Below are positions 40,519 through 52,612 of a DNA stretch of 64,000 nucleotides, one piece after another. The position numbers were made by a program, and so were the translations under genes. Below the pieces are notes generated by a model. The model saw only the letters and a program-made list of their open reading frames with translations. It was not told where the DNA came from and searched no databases. Numbering within the stretch: position 1 is the first letter of the stretch; each line of letters opens with the position of its first letter. The stretch covers positions 17,796,001 through 17,860,000 of the forward strand of contig NC_087252.1 in the NCBI RefSeq assembly GCF_037042905.1. The letters run 5' to 3'. The stretch comes from Lytechinus pictus. Lineage: Eukaryota.

Positions 40519-41570
40519 TATGAAAATGATGGGACTGATTACGTCACCCACTCACTATTTTTTTCGTGATTCATTATATGAAAAAGGAAATGTCTTTCAT
40601 TTTCCTCATTGTGAGACAAAGGTTTAATTCTCCTGAATAACTCAAACCACCATTTAACTTTGTGGTTGAGTCAGGTTGGTCAATACGTTGTCAATCTGTA
40701 AAAATTGAAATATGGTTTACTTCAACCAATACAAGATAAAATAAATAATGAGTGAGTAATATCATAAACTCTCTCATTTCCATATCCCTGGGTTGTGCAT
40801 ATTATTATTTTTTTGACAAATAAGCTTAAAATGTCATTACTTGTTATTGAACAATCCTACCTACCCTGTACAGCTCTCGTCATTCGATTTTGCTATTAAT
40901 TGCATCGTGTGTGAAATATAGATTCACCGAGGAAAGACGACGTGGAATGTTCAAATCTTATGAGTATTTTGTTTAAACATCGTTTGTTAGATTGAACAGT
41001 TAGTACTTGTGCTTGTGTTTTCCTTTCATGGATGTGGGTGTTAGTTTATTGATTTTAATAATGTGTCTTTCGAAAGCATTTATAAGCGCTCCTTACTCCA
41101 TACCTTCGGTTTATTAAAAAAAAACGAGTAAAAATATAGAAACAGAAGAAGAAAGAATCTTATGGAATTTCCAATAGAGGCTCCAGATATAAATGTTTTG
41201 TTGTCTTTTTTTAATTGTCTTTTTCTCCCTCCCTATTTACATATATACATTGTAATGCGACATACTACTACAAAATCAGCCTTAAAAAAGGCTGAATATA
41301 AATACACATCACACCAAAATAGGATAGGTATTCACATACATTAGTCCTGGGGTGGACTTGACCTTTAAAAAAAAAAGATTATTTAACCCTAAACATTCTT
41401 CTAAAATTAAATGTCATGACTATGAATAATATGATTAATAAACTACATATTTTTCTGAACATTTTCTTGTGGAATTCATTACTTAAACACATTAATTATA
41501 CACGATATAGAGGCGGATGTACATTTTACTAAAGAGGGGTGGGGGGGGGGGGGGGGGCTTTCCATGGGCA

Positions 41571-43160
41571 GTCATTCATTTTATTTATTTATTTATCTTG
41601 CTCATTCAACAAAAGTTGATATTCCATGACGCCCTGGATAACAAACAATACAACTATACACAATTAAAACCAATCAATGGTGATAATGTATATCCAGTCG
41701 TCAGTTCATATGATATTGTTAAAATACAGACGTATAAAGTTACAACAGCATTATATAAAGTAATACATAAAAAGAGATGATAGTTAAAAACATCAGTCCT
41801 GAAAGGGGAATTGGTATTACATCCCAGTTGATCGGCCTAGGCAAGATTGAGGAAATGTCTTTTAACAGAAAGTTTGAAATTATTTGGAATTTTAACATTT
41901 TTAACACTTTGGGGGAGTCTATTCCATAGAACGCTGCCATCATAACATAAAGTAGTTTCACAATAATCGGTGCGGCCATGATGAGCACTTTGTCGAGTAT
42001 TTGCATTATGAACTTTAAAAATTTCTTTGAAAACATTTTTAAAACAATCTGCTGATAAGTCATGAAGACATTTGTAAATAAATATACACCTGAGGTATTC
42101 TACTATTTTCTTAAACGGCATCTATTTTAAAAGTCTAAACATTTCATTAGAGGGGGTTTATATATACAGTTTAAAATAAGTTTTGATGTCTTCTTTTGCA
42201 ATTTAGTCAACTTATCAATTTGAGCTAAATATCTATTCCCCCAAATTTCGCAACAGTAATCCATTTGTGTTTGAATGAGGCATACATATAATAATTTCAT
42301 TGAAGCTTCATCAACATATGGTTTGACTCTTCTGAGCATGGCAAGTCCTGCAAATACTTTTCTAAATACATAATCAACATGGTCAACATGATTGCACCAT
42401 GACAAATTATCATAAATAATAACACCAAGACATTTAAAACTATTACACTTTTCAATTTCAATACTTTCATACTTCATACGCATATTTTAATACCTTTAGT
42501 CTTTTTAAAATCAAATGATCATATATTTAGTTTTATCAACATTTAAACTTAGCTTTTTTAACTTGATCCACTTAGCGATTGCATCAAAATCATTCTGAAA
42601 TTTTACTTGCATCTCATAAATAGACGTAGCTTTTACATATATGGTAGTATCATCAGCGTACATTACTAACTTTCCATGATTCAAAACGTTTAACATATCA
42701 TCAATATAAATCAAAAAAGTAAGGGACCTAATATAGATCCTTGTGAAACTCCAAGGGAAATACATCGATCATTTGATTTATCATTTTTTATCGCAACAAA
42801 TTGTTTTATGTTATTTATATGCCAATCACACCATGCTAAATTAAGACAAATCACTTAAATCAATATTATTTAATTTATTTAACAACATAGACGCATTTAC
42901 AGTATCAAAAGCAGGTCTTCAATCAATGAAGAGTGCTCCTGTAATTTGACCTTTGTCTATAGCATTTAACCAATCATCAGTTGAAAAACCGAGGGATGAA
43001 GCTGTAGAATGGCCAGGTCGAAAATCGAATCCGTGCTATGCCAAGAGTATTATTCGAAACCAAATAATCATATAACTGCTGATGGACAATTTTTCTGTAG
43101 TATGTAAAATAGAAATTGGTCGAAAATTGCAAACAGAAGTAAAGTCACCTTCTGAAAATA
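41571..43160 (-). mobile_element. Degenerate CR1/L2-group LINE (RT remnant); duplicate at 47760-53560 is split by the Gypsy element
   Basis: Minus-strand frames with ..MYADDTT.., LSLNVDKTKYM, DYCCEIWG, LWNRLP; (TAAA)n/TGAA-type 3' tail at ~41571-41595. Confidence 0.85.
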
Positions 43161-43844
43161 ATTTTTAAGTCATTACGCCCATGTGTGGTCTTACCTAATA
43201 TAAAGTTAAGTGGGTTGAACACAGTTTGTTGAAACATATTTTAGTATAATTACGTGCAATGCCTCAAAATGACTTTTTGTAACACAACGCTAGATCGAAC
43301 ATCAATTCGGCGCTCCCATAGTGGTTCGAACACACGGTTCGAACATCAATTTGGCGCCCCCTCCCAGTTCAAACATCAGTTCGGCGCCCCATAGTTCGAA
43401 CGTCATTTTGGCGCCGCCTAGTTCGAACATCAAATCGACGTCCGGGTCAACATCTCCCTCTTTCGTTTCCCATCTCCTTTTCTTTCTTTCTCTTATCCTC
43501 ATTCCCCCTCCTTTCTCTTTCTTTCTCTCTTTCTTTCCCCCTCTTCCTCTCCCCTTTTCTTCTTCTCTTCTTTTCCTTCCTCCTCTCTCTCTCTCTTTTT
43601 CTTCTCTTTATTATCCCCTTTTCTTCACTTTTTTCTTGTCTTCCTTTCCCCCTTTTCTTCTCTTTTTCCCCATCTTTTCTTTCCCCCTTTTCTTCTTTTT
43701 CCCCCGTCATTTCTTTCTCTTTTTTCCCCTCTCTTTTCTCTTCTCTTCCTTCCCCCCCCTTACTCTCTCTTTTTTTCTTCTGTTTTCCTCTATTCCCCCT
43801 CTCTCTCTTTTCTTATCTTTCTTCCCATCTTCCTCTCTTTTTAA

Positions 43845-44428
43845 AGGACAAGTCCACCCCAACAAAAGTTGATTTGAATAAAAAGAGAAAAATCCAACAA
43901 GGATAACACTGAAAAAAATCGGATGTAAAATAAGAAAGTTACGATCTTTTAAAGTTTTGCTTAATTTCACAAACACAAATGCACATCCTGTTGGGTATGC
44001 AAATGAGGAGACTGATGCCGTCATCAACTTACTATTTCTTTTGTATTTTATTGTACAAAATAGGGAATATCCTATTTTTCTCCTCATTGTCAAGTGAAAC
44101 AACGATTAATTCCTCCCTGAACAATTGGAATGAGCATTATTTAATAATATATGATTCAGTCAAGATAGTCCTTACTGTCAAATCTATAAAAAATGAAATA
44201 TTGTATAATTCAATCAATAAAAAACAAAAGAAATAGTGAGTGAGGGACATCATCGACTGTCTCGTTTGAGTTGTGCATATCACTGTTTTGTCAAAAATAA
44301 GCAAATCTTTGAAATGTCATTACTTTCTTTAATATTTTACATCCGATTTTGATGAAATTTCAGCATTTTTCTAGTTTGATTTTTCTCTATTTATTCAAAT
44401 CAAAATTTTTGTGAGGTCGACTTGACCT
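43845..44428. mobile_element. Kolobok-like element (family of 13770-14361)
   Basis: TTAA|AGGACAAGTCCACCCC.. / ..GACTTGACCT|TTAA. Empty site CTCTTTAAATATTATT at ~31470. Confidence 0.85.
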
Positions 44429-46739
44429 TTAAATATTATTCTATTCCTTCCTCTTTTTTTTCTTCTTCTTTTTCCCCTTTTCTTTCTCCTTTCTTTTCCC
44501 TCTTCCTCTTTTTTCTCTTTCCCCCTTTTTCTTTTTCTTTCCTTTCCCCCCTATTCCCTTTATTTTTTTTCTCTCCCTCTCCTTCCCCTCTCTCCTTTTC
44601 TTCTCTTATATTCCCCTCTTCCTTTCTCTCACTTTTTTTCTTATCTTTATTCTCATCTTCCTCTCTATTTAAATATTTTTCTCTTCCTTCCTCCTTTTTT
44701 CTTCTTCTTTTTCCTCCTTTTCCTTTCTCCTTTCTTTTCTTCTCTTCCTTTTCCCTTCTCTCTTTTTTCTCTTCTTTCCCCCTTTTCTTCTCCCATTTTC
44801 CTTGTCATTCCTTCCCTCCTTTGTCTTCTCTTTTTTTTCTTCTCTTCCTTTCTCCCTCTTACTCTCTTTTCTATTCTCTTCTTTTCCCATCTTCCTCTCT
44901 CTCTTTTTATTCTCTCCCTTTTTCCCTCCCCCCCCCCCTCTTTTTTGAGCTGGGGGTGGGGGTGAGACAGTTCCCCCTCGGCCCCCCATGGATCCGCACC
45001 TGATAGAACCCCATGGTCTCGTATTACTTGACCTTTGTACCTCTCGATGACATTTGATATCTGATCATAATTTTACACACACTGCGGACTATCGAACCCG
45101 CGGTCTGTCGGACCTGCGGACTAACGGACCCGCGGTCTATCGGACCCGCGGACTATCGGACCCGCGATTTTCTAGTTCAAATTTGAATGACTAAATCAGC
45201 ACTCAAAGTGCAGTTACTATACAAGCCCATTAACATGATAAAGTACCGCGATCCCGTTCCGTACGGTAGACCCCATGTTTTCACACCGCCCAGTATATAT
45301 TTAGTTCCCAAGACCCCTTATTTTACCCATGTGGTCAGTTCCTTAGACCCCAATTTCAGAGTTTCGTGAGGCACACCCCATCAAAAAGTAATTTGAGTGC
45401 CCCCCCCCCCGATGTAAAATATTATTTTTGCTATAAATAAGATATGTTAGACAAGGCAAGATCATTGTCTTATAGTGCAAATTATGGTGACGAGATTAAT
45501 TTAAAGTCTACTCGTACTCATTAAAGCAGCAGTACATGTAAATCCTAACACAAAAAAAAAATTGAAAGACGTTTCCTTGTTTATTGTTTTTGTTATTGAT
45601 AGGAGACCTGTATCCCCATTATAATTATTTTCTTAAATGATATAATTACTTTTTGTTTTCAAGATTTATCAATAATTTATTGGCAAGATATAAGAAAGGT
45701 ACTGCAGTGAAAATTCTTATGCACGTTTTGGCATTAAAGATACATTCTGACATGCCATACCTTACCATTTTCCAAGAAAAAAATCTGCATATATTTTGGG
45801 TAAAAAAGTGGACACAAGAATCCGCAGCTAAACGTATATATACCTATCGTCCGCATCTTTTCCCGTAGGTATATACATGTAATAAAACAAATTGGCGATG
45901 GGAAGGGATCCGCGGAGATCCGCAGGAAAAAATACTTTTTTTGGGACGCAACGGTGGACGCCGAGCACTGTGTGACTGAGGCTTTAGGTACATAAACAGG
46001 ATTATAAGACGCAAACGTCCTGGTCAAGGTAACGCTCAAGCTGCTATGACGAAGCTTTAAAAAAAGCAAATGTTTAAAAGAACAAGCAAAATTTACACTC
46101 TATGAATACGCTTTTTAGCAACAGCTTATTCGTAAAAAAAAATATCAACTTATAATTACTAGTTAAAACTTATTTGTGAGTACATTTTGACCTTCGAAAG
46201 AGCAAACAGCCCCCTTATTTTTTCATTCTATTTTTGTATTAGATGTATCACTGAGTTCACGAGTATTTGGTTCCTTGTTTCAATCTCATATTAGAGAATT
46301 CGAGAGAAGACGACGACTGCCTAAGGTCTATCACCCCAAACCAAATGAATATGTTACCAAACTTCTCGATATGCTCGAGGCAGATCATCAGGAAGATTGA
46401 GTGAGTACTTTAAAATCTATATAGAAAATAAAGTTTACCCCAACATAAAAATACAGCGAACTCAGCACTGAAAATGTCATCAATATCGGGGGTGAATAAG
46501 AAAGTTATGACACTTTTAATTTTGGGCTTAATTTCACAAAACAGTTGAATGAACATCCAGGTCGGTATGAAAATTATGGGACTGATTACGTCACCCACTC
46601 ACTATTTCTTTCGTGATTCATTATATGAAAAAGGAAATGTCTTTTATTTTCCTCATTGTGAAACAAAGAGGAAAATAAATCTGTCGGATACCTCCGACGT
46701 CCGCATTCTCGCTATATAACCTTCGCCCTCGCACCAACT

Positions 46740-47113
46740 CTGGGCGTTGTGGCGTGCGCCTGTAATCCAAGCTATGTGGGGAAGTTACAAATTGATGCAG
46801 AGATTCGAGGTTCGATCCCTGGTCACGTCTTTCGGATGGTGACGTTAAAGGTCGGTCCCAGACGTAAATAATCATATCTGATTGATACACGTCTGACAAA
46901 ACTCAAATACACACACACACACACACAACTGGGCGTTGTGGCGTGCGCCTGTAATCCAAGCTATGCGGGGAAGTTACAAATTGATGCAGAGGTTCGAGGT
47001 TCGAGCCCTGGTCACGTCTTTCGGATGGTGACGTTAAAGGTCGGTCCCAGACGTAAATAATCATATCTGATTGATACACGTCTGACAAAACTCAAATACA
47101 CACACACACACAC
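46740..47113 (+). mobile_element. Tandem dimer of a SINE-like unit with 7SL-like head, B-box, DeuSINE-like core, 3' stem-loop and (CA)n tail
   Basis: Two units with 189-bp period that differ by 3 substitutions. Head CTGGGCGTTGTGGCGTGCGCCTGTAATCCAAGCTA; B-box GGTTCGA(T/G)CC; core GTCTTTCGGATGGTGACGTTAAAGGTCGGTCCC; CA tails. Confidence 0.8.
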
Positions 47114-47941
47114 GAAGTCTCCATCAATTGACAAAGTTGAGCAGCAGCCAACGAAACGTCGCGTCGTGAACTCTCTTACAGTTTCAACTGATCAACCAAC
47201 TCTAAAGATTTATTTCTCCTGAATAACTCGAACTACTATTTGAACTTTGTGGTTCAGTCAGGTTGGCCAATACGTTGTCGAATCTGTAAAAATTGAAATA
47301 TGGTTTACTTCAACCAATAAAAGATAAAATAAATTATGAGTGAGTAAAATCATTAACTCTCTCATTTCCATATCCCTGGGTTGTGCATATAATTTTATGG
47401 GACAAATAAGCGAAAGTTTAAAATGTCATAACCTTTTATTGAACATTTATAATCCTATTCTACACCTATCCACCGGGTCCTGTCAATGACTTCTATATTT
47501 TGAGCAGGTTTTCTATACTTGATAAAATTATGGTTAACGTAACAATTTTCCATAATAAAAAAAAAATCCATAATTATTTAACCCTAAAACATTCTTCTAA
47601 AATTAAATGTCATGATTATGAATAATATGATATATAAACTACATATTTTTCTTAACATTTTCTTGTGGAATTCATTACATAAACATAAACACATTAATTA
47701 TACACGATGCAGAGGCGGATGTACCTTTTACCAAAGAGGGGGGGGGGCTTTCCATGGGCAGTCATTCATTTTATTTATTTATTTATCTTGCTCATTCAAC
47801 AAAAGTTGATATTCCATGACGCCCTGGATAACAAACAATACAACTATATACAATTAAAACCAATCAATGGTGATAATGTATATCCAGTCATCAGTTCATA
47901 TGATATTGTTAAAATACAGACGTATAAAGTTACAACAGCAT

Positions 47942-48117
47942 TGTTATATATTGATAATGATGTCATACATGATGTCATACCATGACTTACAATTGTAGCT
48001 GCGCAGGCGCAATGCGGAATTAACTTGCTTTGGAATCATATACCAAGAGTATCAGACGTGTGCTTGTTTATGTGCCTTAATTACTAATTACGGTAGATTA
48101 ATTAGGAGTACATAACA
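47942..48117 (+). repeat. 5' LTR
   Basis: Matches 52437-52612 with 3 substitutions. Confidence 0.95.
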
Positions 48118-48124
48118 ACAAATC

Positions 48125-48137
48125 TGGCGACGAGGAT
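48125..48137 (+). promoter_or_regulatory. Primer binding site, complementary to the tRNA-Ser(GCU) 3' end
   Basis: TGGCGACGAGGAT 7 nt after the 5' LTR; reverse complement of ..ATCCTCGTCGCCA. Confidence 0.8.
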
Positions 48138-48185
48138 TAATTTTTGTGTTTGTTCTTCACTTTGGGAAAGTTCGAGTACCTGAGG

Positions 48186-51100
48186 ATGGCTACTTTTGGA
48201 ACAATTGGTGAATTTCGGGAAGACGAAGGGAGTTGGTCCGAGTACATTGAGCGTATGGGACACTACTTCGACGCCAATAGCATCATTGATGAGGGGAGGA
48301 AAAGATCCATTTTACTTAGTGTTTGTGGAGCCTCAACCTACAAGTTAATGTCAAGTTTGGCGGCACCAAGGAAACCAGGTGAAGTTGAGTTCAAGGAACT
48401 TGTGAAATTAATGACTGATCATCGAGATCCAAAGCCATCGGTGATCGTCCAACGATTCAAGTTTAACAGCAGGTCGAGGAGACCAGATGAATCGCTGTCA
48501 ACTTTCATTGCTGAACTGCGACGATTGGCTAATTAATGTAAGTTTGATACAATTTTAGAGGAGATGTTGAGAGATAGGATTGTGTGCGGAGTGGCAGATG
48601 ATAGAATACAGAGGAGATTATTGGCTGAACCAACTCTAACATTCGAAAAAGCTAAAGATATTGCATTAGCAATGGAATTAGCTGATAAAAATACAGCCGA
48701 TCTCAGAGATCAGAACAAAGGCGAGATGGTGAACAAAATCGCTCATGGTGTTCGTCATCGTAAGTCGTCACAACGCCCTGTTTCCAAGAAACATTCCTCA
48801 TGCGGTCGCTGCGGAAAGGGACAGCATCAAGGAGAGCCTTGTCCAGCAAAAGACGGAGAGTGTTTCCACTGCAGGAAAAAGGGACATTTTGCCGTGGTAT
48901 GCAGAGCCAAATGAGAGAGGAAGGACCAGAGAAAAGTTTTCCATCAGCAAGGGAAACAGACCGCCTCCAATAAATCTCGCACTCTGCAAATCGAAACAAG
49001 AGAGGATGATGAAAGCGAAAGCTACGGGTTGTATACACACTCGACGAAAGCTTCCAAACCTCCTCCGATTATGACTCAGCTAATAGTAAAAGGGAAACCT
49101 ATAAACTTCCAAGTGGACACGGGCTCGGCAGTAACGCTAATCAATGAGAAAACGTGGCTCTCCCAGTGGAGTGACAAAGAGAGGCCTAAGCTGAGCGAAC
49201 CGAAAACGCGGCTTCGTACATACACCGAACATTTAGTCGACATTATCGGAGAATGTGAAGTCGCCGTATCCAAGGGCAACAAGGAGGAACGCTTGCCTTT
49301 GATAGTTGCTAGAGGCAGAGGGCCGAATCTCATGGGACGAGATTGGCTGCACGAAATAAAGTTGGACTGGAGGGAGATAAACTTGGTCAGGGTCAATGAC
49401 GCAGTAGACAGAGTGTTTTCAGACTACGCGGGACTGTTCACACGAGAACTTGGAAAGTTGAAAGGTGTAGAAGTAGATCTGGATATTGACCCCAATGCAT
49501 CACCAAAGTTTTTGAAGGCCCGTCCAGTTCAATTTTCTCTTCGAAGTCGTCTGGATCAAGAGCTGGATCGCCTTCTAGCAGATGACATAATTGAACCAGT
49601 TCAATATTCAAACTGGGCAGCTCCAGTGGTCCCAGTCGTCAAAGGAGATGGATCCATTCGCATTTGTGGGGATTATAAAACCACGATTAATACAGCAGCT
49701 CGATCGGATACCTATCCGATCCCGAGAGTAGAAGAGCTATTTGCCAGGCTTGCAAATGGAAAGAAATTCACAGAACTGGATCTGTCTCATGCCTATCAAC
49801 AGCTAGTCCTGTCTGAGAAATCCAGGGAGTTCGTCACCATCAACACGCATAGAGGGTTATTTCGATACAAGAGACTGCCTTTTGGAGTTTCAACTGCGCC
49901 CTCTGTGTTTCAGCGGACGATGGAGTCATTGCTGGCCGGTATACCAGGTGTGGCTGTCTACCTAGATGATCTTCTCATCACAGGAGAGTCAACAGATGCC
50001 CACATGAAGAACCTGAGAGCAGTCCTAGATGTTCTTCTGAAAGCTGGACTAAGACTGAAGAAAGAGAAATGTGTGTTTCTCAAGGACGAGGTTGATTACC
50101 TCGGACACACAATCACTGCCAAAGGTCTTCGTCCCACGGGGGACAAGGTGCAAGCCATTACAAATGCGCCTGAACCAAAGAGCGTAAAGGAACTCCGCTC
50201 GTTCCTGGGCTTGCTGAATTACTATGGTAAATTTCTACCCGACCTTGCATCGAATCTAGAACCTCTTCATCGGTTGTTGAGGAAAGACGCAAGATGGCAG
50301 TGGGGTAAAGAGCAAAAACAGGCTTTCGTAAGAGCCAAAAAGTTGCTTAATTCAACTCGGGTGCTAGCCCACTACAATCCGGAAGAGAAACTGATACTAG
50401 CTTGCGACGCTAGTCCGTACGGTGTCGGAGCCGTACTCGCACATAGATTTTCGGATGGGACCGAAAAACCCATCGGTTTCGCGTCGCGAACACTGAATGT
50501 TGCGGAACGCAGATATTCGCAATTAGACAAGGAAGGTCTAGCGATTGTATTTGGGGTAAAACGGTTTCACCAATATCTGTATGGCCGTAAATTCGAAATA
50601 ATCACGGACCATAAGCCGCTACTTGGTCTCTTTGGAGAGAGGAAAGTCATTCCACAGATGGCTTCTCCGCGCGTCCAACGGTGGGCGATTACACTTGCGG
50701 CATACGAATATGAAATAAAGTATAAAGCGGGAGAGAAAAATTCAAATGCTGGTGCACTCAGTAGATTGCCGCTAGAATCAACCATTTCGGATCCTCCGAT
50801 CCCAGGGGATATCATACTTCTCATGGATACGTTAGATAGGACACCGATAACGCCCTCGCGCGTCCGTTCTCTTACCGACAAAGATCCGATCTTGTCGCGG
50901 GTCCGTAACTTCATCTTACAAGGATGGCCTACAGCAGATGAATTACAAGATAAGGCATTCGGTCCGTATTTGAATAGAAAAGATGAATTGAGTGTCCATG
51001 AGGGAGTAATATTGTGGGGAGCTCGCGCGGTGCTTCCTCCGAAATGTCGAGAAGCAATGATGGAAGAATTGCATGATGCACATCCGGGGATAGTACGTAT

Positions 51101-52104
51101 GAAGGCAATGGCGAGAAGTTGCGTATGGTGGCCACAGATTGACAAAGATTTGGAGCGTAAAGTAAAATCTTGCGAAAAATGTCAATCACACCAGCGACAA
51201 CCGTCGAAAGCTCCACCCCATCAGTGGGAATATCCAAGTAAACCGTGGTCGCGAATTCAAATCAAAATGGATAGATGTTCATATTATGAATAAATCGACT
51301 AGTGAAGCGACAATAGACAAATTGAGGGAAGTCTTTTCGGCACAAGGTCTTCCTCAAACGCTGGTTTCGGATAATGGGCCCTGTTTCACGAGTGAAGAAT
51401 TTGCTATGTTCATGAAAATGAACGCAATTAATCCCATTCGAGGTGCACCATATCACCCAGCTACTAATGGTCTCGCGGAAAGAGCAGTGCAAACTGTGAA
51501 AGGAGCCCTCAGAAAAATGAGTGGACCCCTTCAGACGAGATTATCGAGGTTCTTGTTGAGTTACCGTACAACTCCACAAGCTACCACAAATCAGTCACCG
51601 GCAGAATTGCTCATGAACCGAAAGTTGCGTACTCGCATATCTTCTGTTCTGCCTGATGTGAACGCAACCGTTGAGAAAAAGCAATTCTCACAGACCGCTC
51701 ACACTTCTCGCAAACTTCGCGAATTTAAGATAGGAGAAGAAGTCCTTGTGAGAAATTACGGGCGAGGTAACCAATGGCTACCCGGAAAAGTAGTCGAACG
51801 TAACGGTCCGGTATCCTATGTCGTAAATGTCAATGCCAATAGCTCGACGCTGAAATGGAAACGTCATGTTGACCAACTGCGAAGTCGAATCTCGACTTCA
51901 TCGACCTCGAACGACGTCACCGGCCCGACACACGAAGATGACGTGATCATCCGTGATAACGACAATGATGATCGCGATGTCAATGAAGATCATATAGATA
52001 TTCGCGCCGATCGTGAAGACAATCCTGAAGTCGAACACGATGACGGTATAAAGCATTATCCTAGACGAGAGCGGAGAAAACCAAACTATTATGGTTTTTC
52101 GTAA
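48186..52104 (+). pseudogene. Gypsy gag-pol polyprotein, disrupted
   Basis: Single frame from ATG 48186 with stops at 48534-48536 (TAA) and 48912-48914 (TGA). Two CCHC knuckles, protease VDTGS, RT YLDD, RNase H CDAS..TDHKPL, integrase HHCC. A frameshifting deletion near 51260 precedes SDNG..NGLAERAV. Confidence 0.93.
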
Positions 52105-52423
52105 TTTCGGATACAACAATAATTTTAATAGATCTTGTCTTGGATTATTAACTCACATATTTTTTGACCTTGTCAAAATTCCTGATTTAATTGTTTAGTT
52201 CAGTGAAACAGAAAGTATCATTGAATTTATTAGTTTTAATTATAACTTCAGTTACTGACTGACGTAAATTATCAAAACTTTCTCAAAGTTAAAATTTGAA
52301 TCTGGGAACTGATATCAAATGAAATTGTTAAATTACAATATATATTTTCATGACCAGTTGAATATTTACTGGTACAGTTGAGTTGCAAATTGAATTGGGA
52401 TGTTGAATAGGTATGTTTAATCT

Positions 52424-52436
52424 AAGGGGGGAGAGA
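52424..52436 (+). promoter_or_regulatory. Polypurine tract
   Basis: AAGGGGGGAGAGA immediately before the 3' LTR. Confidence 0.9.
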
Positions 52437-52612
52437 TGTTATATATTGATAATGATGTCATACATGATGTCATACCATGACTTACAATTGTAGCTGCGCA
52501 GGCGCAATGCGAAATAAACTTGCTTTGGAATCATATACCAAGAGTATCAGACGTGTGCTTATTTATGTGCCTTAATTACTAATTACGGTAGATTAATTAG
52601 GAGTACATAACA
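52437..52612 (+). repeat. 3' LTR
   Basis: TGTTA..TAACA, AATAAA at 52513-52518, followed by TSD AGCAT. Confidence 0.95.

Larger units (their letters stand above)
47942..52612 (+). mobile_element. Full-length Ty3/Gypsy (Mag-like) LTR retrotransposon, inactivated
   Basis: 176-bp LTRs TGTTA..TAACA; 5-bp TSD AGCAT (47937-47941, 52613-52617); PBS; PPT; gag-PR-RT-RH-IN order. Confidence 0.97.

Noticed and set aside
31014..45003. F/S/L-rich and K/R/E-rich ORFs at 31014-32071 and 43302-45003
   Set aside because: Translations of CT-rich tracts.
46740..46775. Human/rodent Alu or B1 contamination
   Set aside because: Only ~35 nt resemble 7SL/Alu. The body and CA tail are not Alu, and the block is integrated in native sequence with a paralogous empty site.
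46740..47113. Bona fide 7SL RNA gene
   Set aside because: No S domain, no 3' Alu-domain strand or oligo-T terminator; (CA)n tail and tandem duplication.
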